DNA of 64,000 nucleotides from Strigamia acuminata (Eukaryota): contig OX442314.1 of NCBI GenBank assembly GCA_949358305.1, forward strand, positions 29,946,001 to 30,010,000. Direction: 5' to 3'. The notes under the pieces were generated by a model. The model worked only from the letters and a program-made list of their open reading frames with translations, ran no database searches and had not been told where the DNA came from. Positions 20,634 to 33,062 of this stretch are shown here, in pieces. The number at the start of each line of letters is the position of its first letter. The first letter of the stretch is position 1. Made by a program: the position numbers and the translations under genes.

Positions 20634-23600
20634 TTATACAAATAGAATTGTCATTATGAAAAATTGGCAAATTATGATAGCTAACACAGAAACACCGAGA
20701 AGTAGACCAAAAATGTTGCCTACATCAGAAACTAAGGCAACAAATGAATATTTAAATTCTTCAAAAAAAAATTCTATTTTATTGGTAGTGAAAACAATGT
20801 TCACTATCGATGTATCCGGTAGCATAGGTGCAAAACTGAATTCGTTAATTTTGAAAATGGATTGTTCACAAGGTGAGGGACAAGCACAATCTTTCGTAAT
20901 GTCGGTGTTTGTGTGTATTTCATAGTATAATGTTCTAACTGCTTTGGCCGCTGCTGAAGAATTGCAGAAAGCGATGTCTTTCTTGATGGCAAATGGCATA
21001 CTGTTGGATAAACAAGAACATAAATGATCGAAACAAATTCCACTCATTTGCATAAATTTACCTGCACAACTGTTTACTTTTTATCTTCTTGTCCAAGCAC
21101 TGGTCTTTACAGTGGGAATAATCTATTGGATCTGAAGTACAAGGCTTAAATTTTGTGTTTAGATAATGTACCTAAAATTAATATTTTTTAAACCGGTTTA
21201 TAATCATATAAATATTAAAATGATTTATTGTACATACTTTCAATCTGCTAATCAAACTCGAAGTGCTGAACGAAGAAGGCAAAGCAGAGTTAAAATCGTC
21301 CGCGAAATTAGGAGTTTCACTTGCAGTGATATACACCTAAAGGTAACAAAATTATTGCATAGCAGAGGGTATGAGTTTGAATTCAATGCATTAATTTACC
21401 AAATATATTACATCTCATTTTGTATATTGTCATAAGAATAATTTTTTGTCAATTTTTAACATTTCTTATGTGTATTCTAGCTTAAAGGTCAAAAGACTTT
21501 GTAACTTTCTTTACATTGTGTTCAGCCGAAATACAGACTACTATGGATTATGTGTTTACTGTTTTAAAATAAACATCCAAAACAAATTTTAAGTTAAAAT
21601 AAGATTTAAGTTATATACTGTATTGTGATGGCAGGATCTTAACCAGAGCAGCTAGGAAACCAGTTACCCTTGTATGGGACGCGTGCTTACAGAAAATAAG
21701 AGACAAGGACTCCAGACTGTTGGGTTGTTGACATTTAATCCGTTGTCCAGGGGTCAGAATCTTAGTGTAACCTACGTGCTGGCAGTGCCACTTGGGCACG
21801 CCACACCAGCAACTGACCCGTCACACACACAGAGGTTATCCCATGAATGATGTGTTCGATATCTTAACTATTCCCTCGTACTTACCATGGCCCATGCAAC
21901 CAATCGTGGAGGCTGTGGTAGATTCATCAGCACTGAGCGTCACACGTGTTTATAAACTACAGACGCTACAGGAATCTTTGCGTGACTAATGCATCTGACG
22001 GAATTATTGACTCAAAACGGCAAGTTCCCTGCTCAGAATGCGCTAACCTCACCTCACCTCACCTTAACAGGGTCAAATAAAACAAAACAAAGCAAAACAA
22101 ATCAATCTAAAACCCTCACAGAGGAAAAGAGGATAAATTCAAAAATTCAACGCTGTTTTGGTCATACTGTGTAAATGACTTTTAATGATGAGTTTATTGT
22201 TGTTTATTTAATTTATTTTAGCATTATTAGGCCTAATAATAGCCTTAATACTGCTAAATAACAACTGGAATTGGACAATCGTCTGCGCAGAATGGGGCGC
22301 GCAGTACGAATTTAGCATCAAGATACCGTGCGCGAACTGTAGGTCAGACCACTCCGCAAAGGAGGGATGACCTTGGGGTCATTGGGCAGTGTGTGACAGT
22401 GAAGCAAATCACCCATGGGTGGGCAAGCGGTCACAATATAGCTTGTCTTTAGCAGAACAGTTGTGTGTTCTGACTGTACTACGTATAAGGATTAAAATAA
22501 AACGTAACGTGCACAATAACACAAAATAATGAAGTTAGTTTGAAACTTACTGATGTGAAATCAGGCTTGCATGGATTGTTTTCCACTTCGAAGATTATTT
22601 CAAGAAACATGGTGAATAATCGAAATTTTATTGGACCTAATGAGAAGAAGTTTATTCAACTATATTTTTTCTTTGTGGCTTAAAACTCATTAATCACCAA
22701 AGGAATGTTTGACACACGTTCCATGCGGACTTACAATGTTCGTATAATTTCGAACGTCAAATAGGTCTCCCGAAAATGGATTCTGAAAATTATGTTATGT
22801 TTTAATCTATCAATTTAATAAAATCGTTTTGACAAATTCACGATGGTGCTCCACATTGATTTTACTTACAAACATTTGGATAAGTTTCAAATCCGATGGT
22901 GCTGTATAAGTAAGATCCCACAGTTGATTTACAGTTAATCCTTTCCAGTTGACAAGGTCCAACATGTCAATATTGCATTTTGTATCATTCGGTTTGTGGT
23001 GGTTTAGATATTCTTCTTTTAATTCGATTAGAGCTGGGTTGTGTGGTCCAGCACAAATGATAATGTTCGGATACGTTACTGTTGGCAAATCTTCTATCAA
23101 TACGCTTCTTTGAATGGGTTTGTTCACAAATAATCGAATTCTTTGTTGAACCAAATACCCTCCGAATCCAAAAACACAAAGATAATGAACCCAAAAGAAT
23201 GGATTTTTAATTGACAGCAGAATTTGCATTCTTTTAGTCTTTTGGCTGGTTTTGAAACAGGTTTCAATTTTTCTTGTCATGTGATTTTTTGGGCCAAATG
23301 GCTTCTTTGTATACCATTTTGCAATGACCCAAACGAATTTGATCAAGAAAAGTGAAGAAAATCCTAACCAAAGACCCAAATTTCCACCAAAGTCAGAAAA
23401 AAGACTGATAAGATCGTAGATCAAGCGTTCTTTCAAAATGGTAACATGATCGTCGAGCAAATACCAAGAGATCGATGATCTGCCACTGCCATCGTGTTCC
23501 AATTCGAATTTGGGTAAAATCAGAGAGTCTTCACAACTTCTTGTGCATCTGCAGTCGGACACGGGTGTAGGTGTCATAGCATCGTGCATGTTTTCTTTGT

Positions 23601-25907
23601 ACATACGTAGCGTATTTTCGGAATTGCTGCAAAGCTGAATGTGGCTTCTATTTGGATAATTTGGCCTGTAGGGTAACCTGTCGAGAAATGTGTTAAGAGA
23701 GTAAAGATTTTGTTTTTATAAACAATTTGCCAAACTCACCAACATGGATTTTTGTCCAAAATCTTATTCACGCATTTATTGCCACATTCTATGTATTCCT
23801 TCATCAGAATGCAAGGTTGTTTTTTTGTGTTTTTGAATACATGCTTAAACAAATCACGATTCGGTTAGAATATTTCCTCACGCCTGAGCCAAGCTATCAT
23901 AACAGTAAGTTGAAATCACATATTTTCTCTTTTTTTTGGATCATTTGATTCAAGACTTCCGACAGTACTTTCGAATATTCTACTTTATAGTGTTACAATG
24001 TTCTCTGACATGTGATTGTGAATTTATTGTCAGGCCTTTTTTGAACTAACAAAATCGAATGATGGGTTTGCTCACAAAGCAAAACTCATTGTTTTTTATT
24101 CATCATTGTTACCTTTCTTGGGTAAAATCCGATTTTTGCAGACATTCCCGAAGTTAAGGCAAATCCTGCTTGGAAATCCAATGGCCATGCAGTTAATACC
24201 TAAAATTAGATTTTGCAACTGTAGATTTGTAAGTGGAATTAAACCAATTGATGTCATCGTATGGTTCGAGAAAATTTATTGTCCGCATAAAATAGTTTTA
24301 TTTAGACTGAGGCTTACGGCTTACAAAAATGTATACAGTAAAATATAGGATCCTGTATTGTAGGACTGGAAACATCACGGCGGAGGATCGAATCGTTGCC
24401 ATCCGAATCAGCGGATTGGGATCCAGCATTAATCTCTCTCAGCAACAAGATCCAAAACTTTTGCAGGAGGGATCTCCGAAAACGGATGGCCAAAAAAAGC
24501 TGGCTGAAAAGGAGCGAAGGATGCAGACTCGAGCGGGAGACTGAACTGTGAGCACCTGGACTCAATTGTAAGTTTGGGCTTAGTACTTTGTTGACATATG
24601 GTCTAATGTAATTGGGTTATTATTACAAGTATATGGTATTACTTTATTTCATTTTCATTTAGCTGGCTTTCACAGGGCACCTTGCGCTCTTTAGTCTATA
24701 TTTTCTCATGTTCTTTCCGGCTGTCACCAGACGGCGCCATATATCATTCTGTTATCAATCGCTAAGATGGCGAACACAAGCATTAGCGATGCCACATTGT
24801 TTTCCCAGGTCTGTAAGTTTATTTTGTGCAATTAAATTTTTTTGTTTCCATATTTACAGTTAGTATTCAATGCTATGCATGCCTGTCAATATCGTGTACT
24901 TCGCTATTGGCAGTGTTGTATCTCATTCATTAAATTGTGAACGCGTTCAAGTTCGTGTTTATGACTATGTGAAAGTGTTCACGTTTGCTTCACTAAATTT
25001 TTTTCTGAATTAAACTAAGTTCAAGTTTATGAACTTGAATTCAAAGTTTTAACAAAGGACTTTCCAATCCCCAGGGATGATGGTTATACGTTTTATATAG
25101 ACAAAGTTTAAAATATTTTACCAGCGTTAGAGATTTTCCTCGTATCAATTCCGGTATTTTTAAGTAGTAACCCTTTGTAGCACATATTTCAGGCCCACGC
25201 AGAGTTCTGTTGTCTAAAAATTAAAAAAAAAACTATAAATTGCTCGAATCAATAAGAGATCGATTTTATAAATTCACCTTCAACTTTGCTACAAGTACCT
25301 CTTGGATGCAGTACTTGCGTAATAGTTGCATTTTCTAGGACATGTGTCTAACAAAATCAGACACACATTAGAATCAAAATTGAATTTGAACTTTAATAAA
25401 CATCTAGTGCGTAGTTTGTTACAAACTTACTTTTCGCTGACGCCTACTGTCGAAGGAGAAGTAGTCCTCAACGATATTAAAACTGTAGTTCAAATTCCAC
25501 AACTTGGTAAGATCAACATCTGGTCTTGTTACGAGTGCATCCAATGGGTTCAGAGAAGCCATGTCAGTCGCTTCTAAGTCGGACGAGTTATAGTAATCCA
25601 ACACGTACTGATTTAGTGGTATGCAAACATGAGTGGGTCGAAACTGATACTTTTCGATCTTCTCTTCAAAAACATCGACTGCAGTTGGACTATCCAAGTA
25701 ATAAGAAATGCGATCGTACATTTGATAGCAGTATATGAGAATGCAGACACCAAGAAGAACAGCCCAAAAGAACCGAAATGCAAGTGTTTTGTTCTTATCA
25801 ATCATTGGTTGAAACTCTCGAGGAATTGTTGTTTCGATGTTTTGCCTTTCGAGTAAATGTCTCACTTGATGGCGGATTGTTCTGCGGGATCGTCGTTTCA
25901 TTTCCAT
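20634..25907 (-). CDS. Concatenated two-subunit DEG/ENaC (pickpocket-like) channel, copy A; 11 exons, 794 aa
   Basis: Exons 25907-25431, 25347-25278, 25213-25122, 24199-24113, 23843-23740, 23677-22870, 22782-22698, 22636-22551, 21336-21238, 21171-21062, 21000-20634; all introns GT-AG; total 2385 nt in frame; two sets of TM1, xPxGTC, thumb cysteines and TM2 (SDFGGNLGLWLGFS; SDVGNIFGLLLGVS). Confidence 0.88.
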
Positions 25908-26589
25908 TTTACCTGTTGCTGAACATTGGAATAAGTTTTTAAACGTGTACATAATTTGACGCATATTTAGATGTTGTCGAGCATATTGAATGGCTCCCAA
26001 GAATTTATAATTTATATGGGAAAAACAACGGCTGCAACACCAGGTCTGAATAGAAAACAAACTCTCAGAAACGTATAATTACAGGCAAGGCATATTAACA
26101 GTTCCCAAAACTGCATTATTAATAATATTTTATTTTTATACCGTAATTGCATTTTTATCTCCTTTGTATACTAAAGAAACTTAAAAATTGAAACGAAAAG
26201 TATATATTTTCTTTTTTCAGATAGTAGAGCTTGCCTGCAAACCACGCTTGTGTTGAGTAATAAGGATCGATCCAAATTTCCTGTTAAGGATACTGCTTGA
26301 TGGCCTACAAAGGTAAAAAGCATATCTTTTAAAAAAAAATAGTAGAAGATTAATCAGCAATTAAGCTTGCAATGGTTCGTCCAACACCAAATTAATATAC
26401 TTTTATGGCTATTACAATCGCGATTACATTGTTGAAATTGGTGACAAACGTAAATTTTGATTTTTTACACAGGGAACTCTTCTTATTTTTGTACTTTTAA
26501 GTCCATTGTTGATCTGTTGTGGAATTTTTTACTTACTTGTGATCACTTTGCTGTGGCACACTAGAACGACTGGACCGGGCATTTCGACT

Positions 26590-27800
26590 TGGGATCTGCC
26601 CGTAGCCGAATGACTAGACTCCGCAAACTGCTGTAAGCCCGTTGAAAAATCGAGGCCAATCTTTCGCTGCCTTCTCTCCATGGGAGTTGAACAACATAGC
26701 ATCCTTCTTCACGATGACGAATTGTTTCTTCGAATGACTGGAGAACTTCACGGTCCTTTTGATCAATCTTATCAGTGACTCCAATGTGCTCCAAACCCTA
26801 CCATCGCTCGAAATTATCTGAAACGAACAACTGGACACTCAGCGTGTTTGTGTTCCCCTTCGCAAAAAGCACATGGTGACAACCCAGGACTTCTGCTCGT
26901 CAAACCAGACGATGACAAAGTTGCTCCCTACTCAATTCACTTAGGTGTTACAACTTGACCAAACCCCTGACCAGTGGACTTGACATTTGCAGGAACTTGC
27001 CTTGCGCGAGTTCTAGCGACATTCTCCAGGGTGCTCAGTTCTTGAAAGAAGGTCATCAACTGACTAATCATTGGAATGGACTGGTAGTCTTGAGAACATT
27101 CCCATCTGAACCCAATCTCGCTTGGTATAACTCTGATCACAAGCAGAACCAGAATAACACTCATCCCTTCCACGTCTACCTACAGACTCTTCAAACCTCG
27201 CAAATGTGACTGGCATGTAGAGAATAATGACCGCAAAGCAACAATATCTTGAACCCGGTCCAGTACAGAAAGTCATTGCAACCCATCAATGTGCATTTGG
27301 ACAATCAAAGTTGCTCTGCGGAACTGCATTTCCAAAACTTCCAAGGCCTGTACTTTGTTTCGGGCTTCCAGAGTGAAGTTTGAGATGGCTGCAGCTGCCG
27401 TACCGGTGCAACAAGCTTGCAAGTATGCAAATTTGTCCACATCGCTAAGCTTGGAGTTGGACCCGATTGTAGAATGGAACCGGTCAGCAAAGGTCTGCCA
27501 CTTGAGAAAGACACCGTCAAACTTGGGGACGTCCAGAATGAATAGCTTGGCCTTTGTCCATGTCTGACCAGTTGTGTTGCCATGTGAAGAGTCGCTCAAA
27601 CTCCTCGACTGCAGGGATAAAGCGTCATCATGAAAATCTTCATCACCTTCCCGTGGTGTGTGCAGCAACGATGTATGAAGCAAAGGCGAGTGAGACAAAG
27701 GAGAGTGAGGCAAGGGCGAGTGAGGCAAGGGACTTGTGGACTCCTTCCAAACAGAGGGACTTGATTGTCAATAAAGAAAACTTAGAAGAATGAAAGCATA
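26590..27800 (-). mobile_element. Degenerate BEL/Pao fragment (gag and pre-RT region)
   Basis: LDVPKFDGVFLKWQTFADRFHSTIGSNSKLSDVDKFAYL (BEL gag) and EHIGV...FEETIRHREEGCYVVQLPW; broken by stops and frameshifts. Confidence 0.85.
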
Positions 27801-28482
27801 CAAGCATATGTCATAGCACTATTTCAAGCCAATTCAACAATAACAGTACCAGCAAACATCATCTCATTGTTATAACAATAGTGCATTCAGTAAAAGGCTT
27901 AGTTTTAGGTTTAACATGGGAATAGTAGAACATATGAAATAACATAGAAACCTTAAGAATAAGCACAATTAGAAGCAACATTACATAAAAATGGAGAAAT
28001 AAACATAGTAAGTGAGAAATAGCATAGGAAATGAGCAATAACAGCAATTCTCAAAAAAGCATAAATTAGTTATCATAACAACAGTGATCTTTTGCTCTAA
28101 CATAAGGTAAGCCTAGTTTTTGCTGCCCATGGTGGTGCTTGATCCAAATAAATGCTTTTCAACAAAATATTCATTCAAACATCAATGTCTACAATTATAA
28201 TGTTTTAATACCCTTATTTGTTAATTTTAGTAATTGATTCCGTCAATTACAAAAGCAAAACCATATTTTTACCATCATCTTTATAATTATGATTTGTTTT
28301 CATATTATAGAAGGTTTTTAACCCATATTCAAAGAATCGTTTGATTAATTGTTTTATAAATTTATTATAATCATAAAGAAAATACACAGCTTATTCTAGT
28401 GGTTTAATTATGGTACCGTAATGGTAAAGAAATTAAATGTGGGTGAAGGTGGAAATCTAAAGTACAAATTCTGGTTCACTGT

Positions 28483-29516
28483 CACTGCAAACAAAATTAG
28501 ATTTTCGTCCATAAAATATTTTAGAAACCCGAAAGTTATATTTCCAAATTGTACACAATATCAAATTTCCAATGACTTTCCAACACTGAATGCAACCATT
28601 TGCAAATGACTTTTCATAACATGATATATTACAGTTAAACACATATTTCTCAAGCAGTAAAGTTAAGATATCTAAATGTAAAATACTGTATGAGTTTCCC
28701 TTCAGTAAATAACAACTTCCCAAATATAAAATTTGATATTTCTTTTGAATAAAAATTTTAAATAAGTTAAATCTCGAAATAAATCTCATAGAAATAAATT
28801 ATTAAAAATTTACATAAAAATTCAGTACATCCTGAAAATATGCAGAGGATTCATTCCTGAATCCTGAATCCTGAATTCATTCCTGAATCCTAAATCCTGA
28901 ATTCATTCCTGAATCCTGAATTCATTCCTGAATCCTGAATTCATTCCTGAATCCTGAATTCATTCCTGAATCCTGAATTCATTCCTGAATCCTGAATTCA
29001 TTCCTGAATCCTGAATTCATTCCTGAATCCTGAATTCATTCCTGAATCCTGAATTCATTCCTGAATCCTGAATTCATTCCTGAATCCTGAATTCATTCCT
29101 GAATCCTGAATTCATTCCTGAATCCTGAATTCATTCCTGAATCCTGAATTCATTCCTGAATCCTGAATTCATTTTTGAATCCTGAATTCATTCCTGAATC
29201 CTGAATTTATTCCTGAATCCTGAATCCTAAATCCTGAATTAATTACTGAATCCTGAATTTATTCCTGAATCCTGAATCCTAAATCCTGAATTAATTACTG
29301 AATCCTGAATTCATAAATCCTAGTTTACATTAGCTTTCCATACATTTAACAAAAACTTGCAACATTATCTTTTAGTGTTGAAAATTTAAAGAAATTCAAC
29401 TTTCTAAAAAATATTTCTAATTTTCTTTCCATTATATTTCCATATCGGAATTTATCCAATTTCACTTTTAACTTTCCAATGACTTTATTTTGAAAATCCA
29501 AATTTTTTTGCAAGTG
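28483..29516. mobile_element. Non-autonomous CACTA/CMC-like DNA transposon carrying a minisatellite
   Basis: Imperfect TIRs CACTGCAAACAAAATTAGATTTTC / GAAAATCCAAATTTTTTTGCAAGTG, 3-bp TSD TGT; empty site present in the paralogous segment at ~20615-20630. Confidence 0.8.
28851..29312. repeat. 19-bp minisatellite (TTCATTCCTGAATCCTGAA)n
   Basis: About 20 near-identical units built from a 7-mer ATCCTGA. Confidence 0.95.
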
Positions 29517-30807
29517 TGTGCATTAGGTTCATACAAATAGAATTGTTATTATGACAAACTGGCAAATTATTTAAGGAATAACAAAATTGCCGACTTGTGC
29601 AAAAAATCTACGATAGCTAACACAGAAACACCGAGAAGTAGACTAAAAATGTTGCCTACATCAGAAACTAAGGCAACAAATGAATATTTAAATTCTTCAA
29701 AAAAAATTCTATTTTATTGGTAGTGAAAACAAAGTTCACTATAGATGTATCCGGTAGCATAGGTGCAAAACTGAATTCGTTAATTTTAAAAATGTATTGT
29801 TCACAAGGTGAGCGGCAAGCACAATCTTTCTCAATGTCGGTGTTTGTGTGTATTTCATAGTATAATGTTCTAACTGCTTTGGCCGTTGCTGAAGAATTGC
29901 AGAAAGGGGTGTTTTTCTTGATGGCAAATGGCATACTGTTGAATAAACAAGAACGTAAATGATCGAAACAAATTCCACTTATTTGTATGAATTCACCTGC
30001 ACGACTGTTTGCTTTTTATCTTCTTATCCAAGCACTGGTTTTTACATTGGTAATAATCTATTGGATCTGAAGTGCAAGGCTTGTATCTGGTGTTTAGATA
30101 AAGAGCCTGAAATTAATATTTTTAAATCAGTTGATAACCATATAAATATTAAAATGATATATTGTTGTTCATACTTTCAATCTGGTAATCAAACTCGACG
30201 TGGTGAACGAAGAAGGCAAAGCGGAGTTGAAATCGTCCGCAAAAGTAGGAGTTTCACTTGCGATGATGTACACCTAGAAGTAACAAAATTATAGCATACC
30301 AGAGGGAATAAGTTTGAGTTCCATCCATTAATTTACCAAATAAATTACATATCATTTTGTATATTGTCATCAGAATAATTTTTTTGCCAATTTTTAACAT
30401 TCTTTAGTTATGTGTATTCTAGCTGAAAGGTCAAAAAACTTTGTCACCTACTTTACATTATATTCAGCCGAAATACAGACTACTATGGATTATGTGTTTA
30501 CTGTTTTAAAATAAACATCCAAAACAAATTTCAAGTTAAAATAAGATTTAAGCTGTATATTGTGATGGCAAGATCTTAACCAGGGCAGTTAGGGCACCAG
30601 TTAGGCTGGTGTGGAACGCATGCATACATAAAATAAGAGATAAGGACTCCAGACTGTTAAATTAGGTTGTTGGCATTTAATTTGTTGTCTAGGGGTCGGA
30701 ATCTCAGTCTAGCCTACCGGTATATGCTGGCAGTGCCGCTTGGGCACGACACACCAGCAACTGACCCGTCATACAAAGAGAGGTTATCCTCATGAATGAT
30801 GTGTTTG

Positions 30808-31017
30808 CAGGGGCGGATCTAGCTTTTCGGGGGCCCGGGGCTTGAGGTTTTTCCGGGGCCCCTTTATCGAAATTTTTAATAGCGACCTTTCTTCTTTTTT
30901 CTTTTTTTTAGCGACTTTTTTTTTTTTTTTTAGTACATTGCCTTGCGTGTTGGGGCCTCCTAGAATTTGGGGGCCCTGGGCTCAAGCCCCATTAGCCCTA
31001 TGCTAGATCCGCCCCTG
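30808..31017. mobile_element. hAT-type MITE
   Basis: 16-bp perfect TIR CAGGGGCGGATCTAGC, 8-bp TSD TGTGTTTG/CGTGTTTG; absent at the paralogous site ~21850. Confidence 0.85.
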
Positions 31018-32796
31018 CGTGTTTGGTATGCTTAACTATTCCCCATAGTTACCCACTTGGGGTGGGGCGATTGAGCAGTGTGTGACGGGGGTCACGCTTG
31101 AGTGATCAAGTCGTAACGATTTTACAGCTTATCTATAGCAGAACAGTTGTGTGTTTTGGCTGTACTACGTATAAGGATTGAAATAAAACATAACGTGCAC
31201 AATAACACAAAATAATGAAGTTAGTTTGAAACTTACTGATGTGAAATCAGGCTTGCATGGATTGTTTACCACTTCGAAGATTATTTCAAGAAACATGGTA
31301 AATAATCGAAATTTTATTGGATCTAATGAGAAGAAGTTTATTCAAAAAAAATTTTCCTTTGTGGCTTAAAAATCATTAATTACCAAAGAAATGTTTGACA
31401 CACGTTCCATGCGGATTTACAATGTTCGTATAATTTCGAACGTCAAATAGTTCTCCGGAAAATGGATTCTGAAAAGTATGTTATGTTTTAATCTATCAAT
31501 TTAATAAAATCGTTTTGACAAATTCACGCATGGTGCTTCACATTGATTTTACTTACAACCATTTGGATAAGTTCCAAATCCGATGGTGCTGTGTAAGTAA
31601 GATTCCACAGTTGATTTACAGTTAAACCTTTCCAGTTGACAAGGTCCAACATGTCGACATTGCATTCTGTGTCATTCAGGTGTTGGTGATTAAGATATTC
31701 TTCTTTTAATTCGATTAGAGCTGGGTTGTGTGGTCCAGCACAAATGATAATGTTCGGATACATTACTGTTGGCGGATCTTCTATCGATACGCTTCTTTGA
31801 ATGGGTTTGTTCAAGAATAATCGAATTTTTTGTTGAACCAAATACCCTCCAATTCCAAAAAGACAAAGATAATGAACCCAAAGAAATGGATTTTTAATTG
31901 ACAGCAGAATTTTCATTCTTTTAGTCTTTTGGCAGGTTTTGAAACAGGTTTCAATTTTTCTTGTAATGTGATTTTTCGGGCCAAAGGGCTTCATTGTATA
32001 CCATTTTGCAATGACCCAAACAAATTCGATCAAGGAAAGTGAAGAAAATCCTAACCAAAAACCCAAATTTCCACCAAAGTCGGAAAAAAGACTGATTAGA
32101 TCGTAGATCAAGCGTTCTTTCAAAATGATGACATGATCATCGAGCAAGTAGGTATAGATCGATTGTCTGCCACTGCCATCATGTTCCAATTCGAATTTGG
32201 GTAAAATCAGAGTGTCTTCACAACTTCTTGTGCATCCGCAGTCGGACACGGGTGTAGGTGACATTGCATCGCGAATGTTTTCTTTGTACATACGTAGCGT
32301 ATTTTCGGAATTGTTGCAAAGCTGAATGTGGCGTCTATTTGGATATCTTGGCCTGTAGGGTAACCTGTCGAGAAAGTGTTAAGAGAGTAAAGATTTTGTT
32401 TTCATAAACAATTTACCCAACTCACCAACATGGATTTTTGTCCAAAATCTTATTCACGCATTTATTGCCACATTCTACGTATTCCTTCATCAGAACGGAC
32501 GGTTGTTTTTTTATGTTTATGAATTCATGCTGAAATAAATCACGATTCGGTTAGAACATTTCCTCAAGCCTGAGCCAAGCTAACAGTAAGATGCATTCAC
32601 ACGTTTTCTTTTTTTTGGAACATTTGTTCCAAGACTTCCAACAGTACAGTACTTTCAAATATTCTACTTTACAGTAGATCAGTAGAACAACTTGCGCAAT
32701 ATTGTTTGCATGTAGTGGTGACCACAAGTAGAGTGTTGACACAACAAGATCATGGTGTTGACACCTTTTGAGTCACCACAGATAAGGTCATTTTCC

Positions 32797-33062
32797 CGGG
32801 GTTTCTTCATTTTGTCGCCCTTCATTTCGTCGCCGTGTCATTTCGTCGCCGTTTTTGGCGACGAAATGACACCCAAAACGGAAAAAGGGCGACGAAATGA
32901 ATGGCGACGAAATGATACGGTTGAATCACCAAAACAACCCAAACCGAACAGAAGGGCGACGAAATGACACGGCGACGAAATGAAGGGCGACGAAATGATA
33001 CGGCTAAGTAACCGAAACAACCCAAACCGAACACGAAGTGATGGGATTAAAAAACGAAATGA
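32797..33062. repeat. Cluster of direct and inverted ATTTCGTCGCC/GGCGACGAAAT motifs (MITE subterminal-like)
   Basis: Repeated 11-mer in both orientations. Confidence 0.6.

Noticed and set aside
22810..23604. Interpretation as two adjacent monomeric genes merged by annotation
   Set aside because: The TM2-to-TM1 junction is an uninterrupted frame inside one exon in three paralogues
28851..29312. CRISPR-like regular repeat
   Set aside because: Head-to-tail units with no unique spacers, eukaryotic context, no cas genes; the same applies to the other arrays
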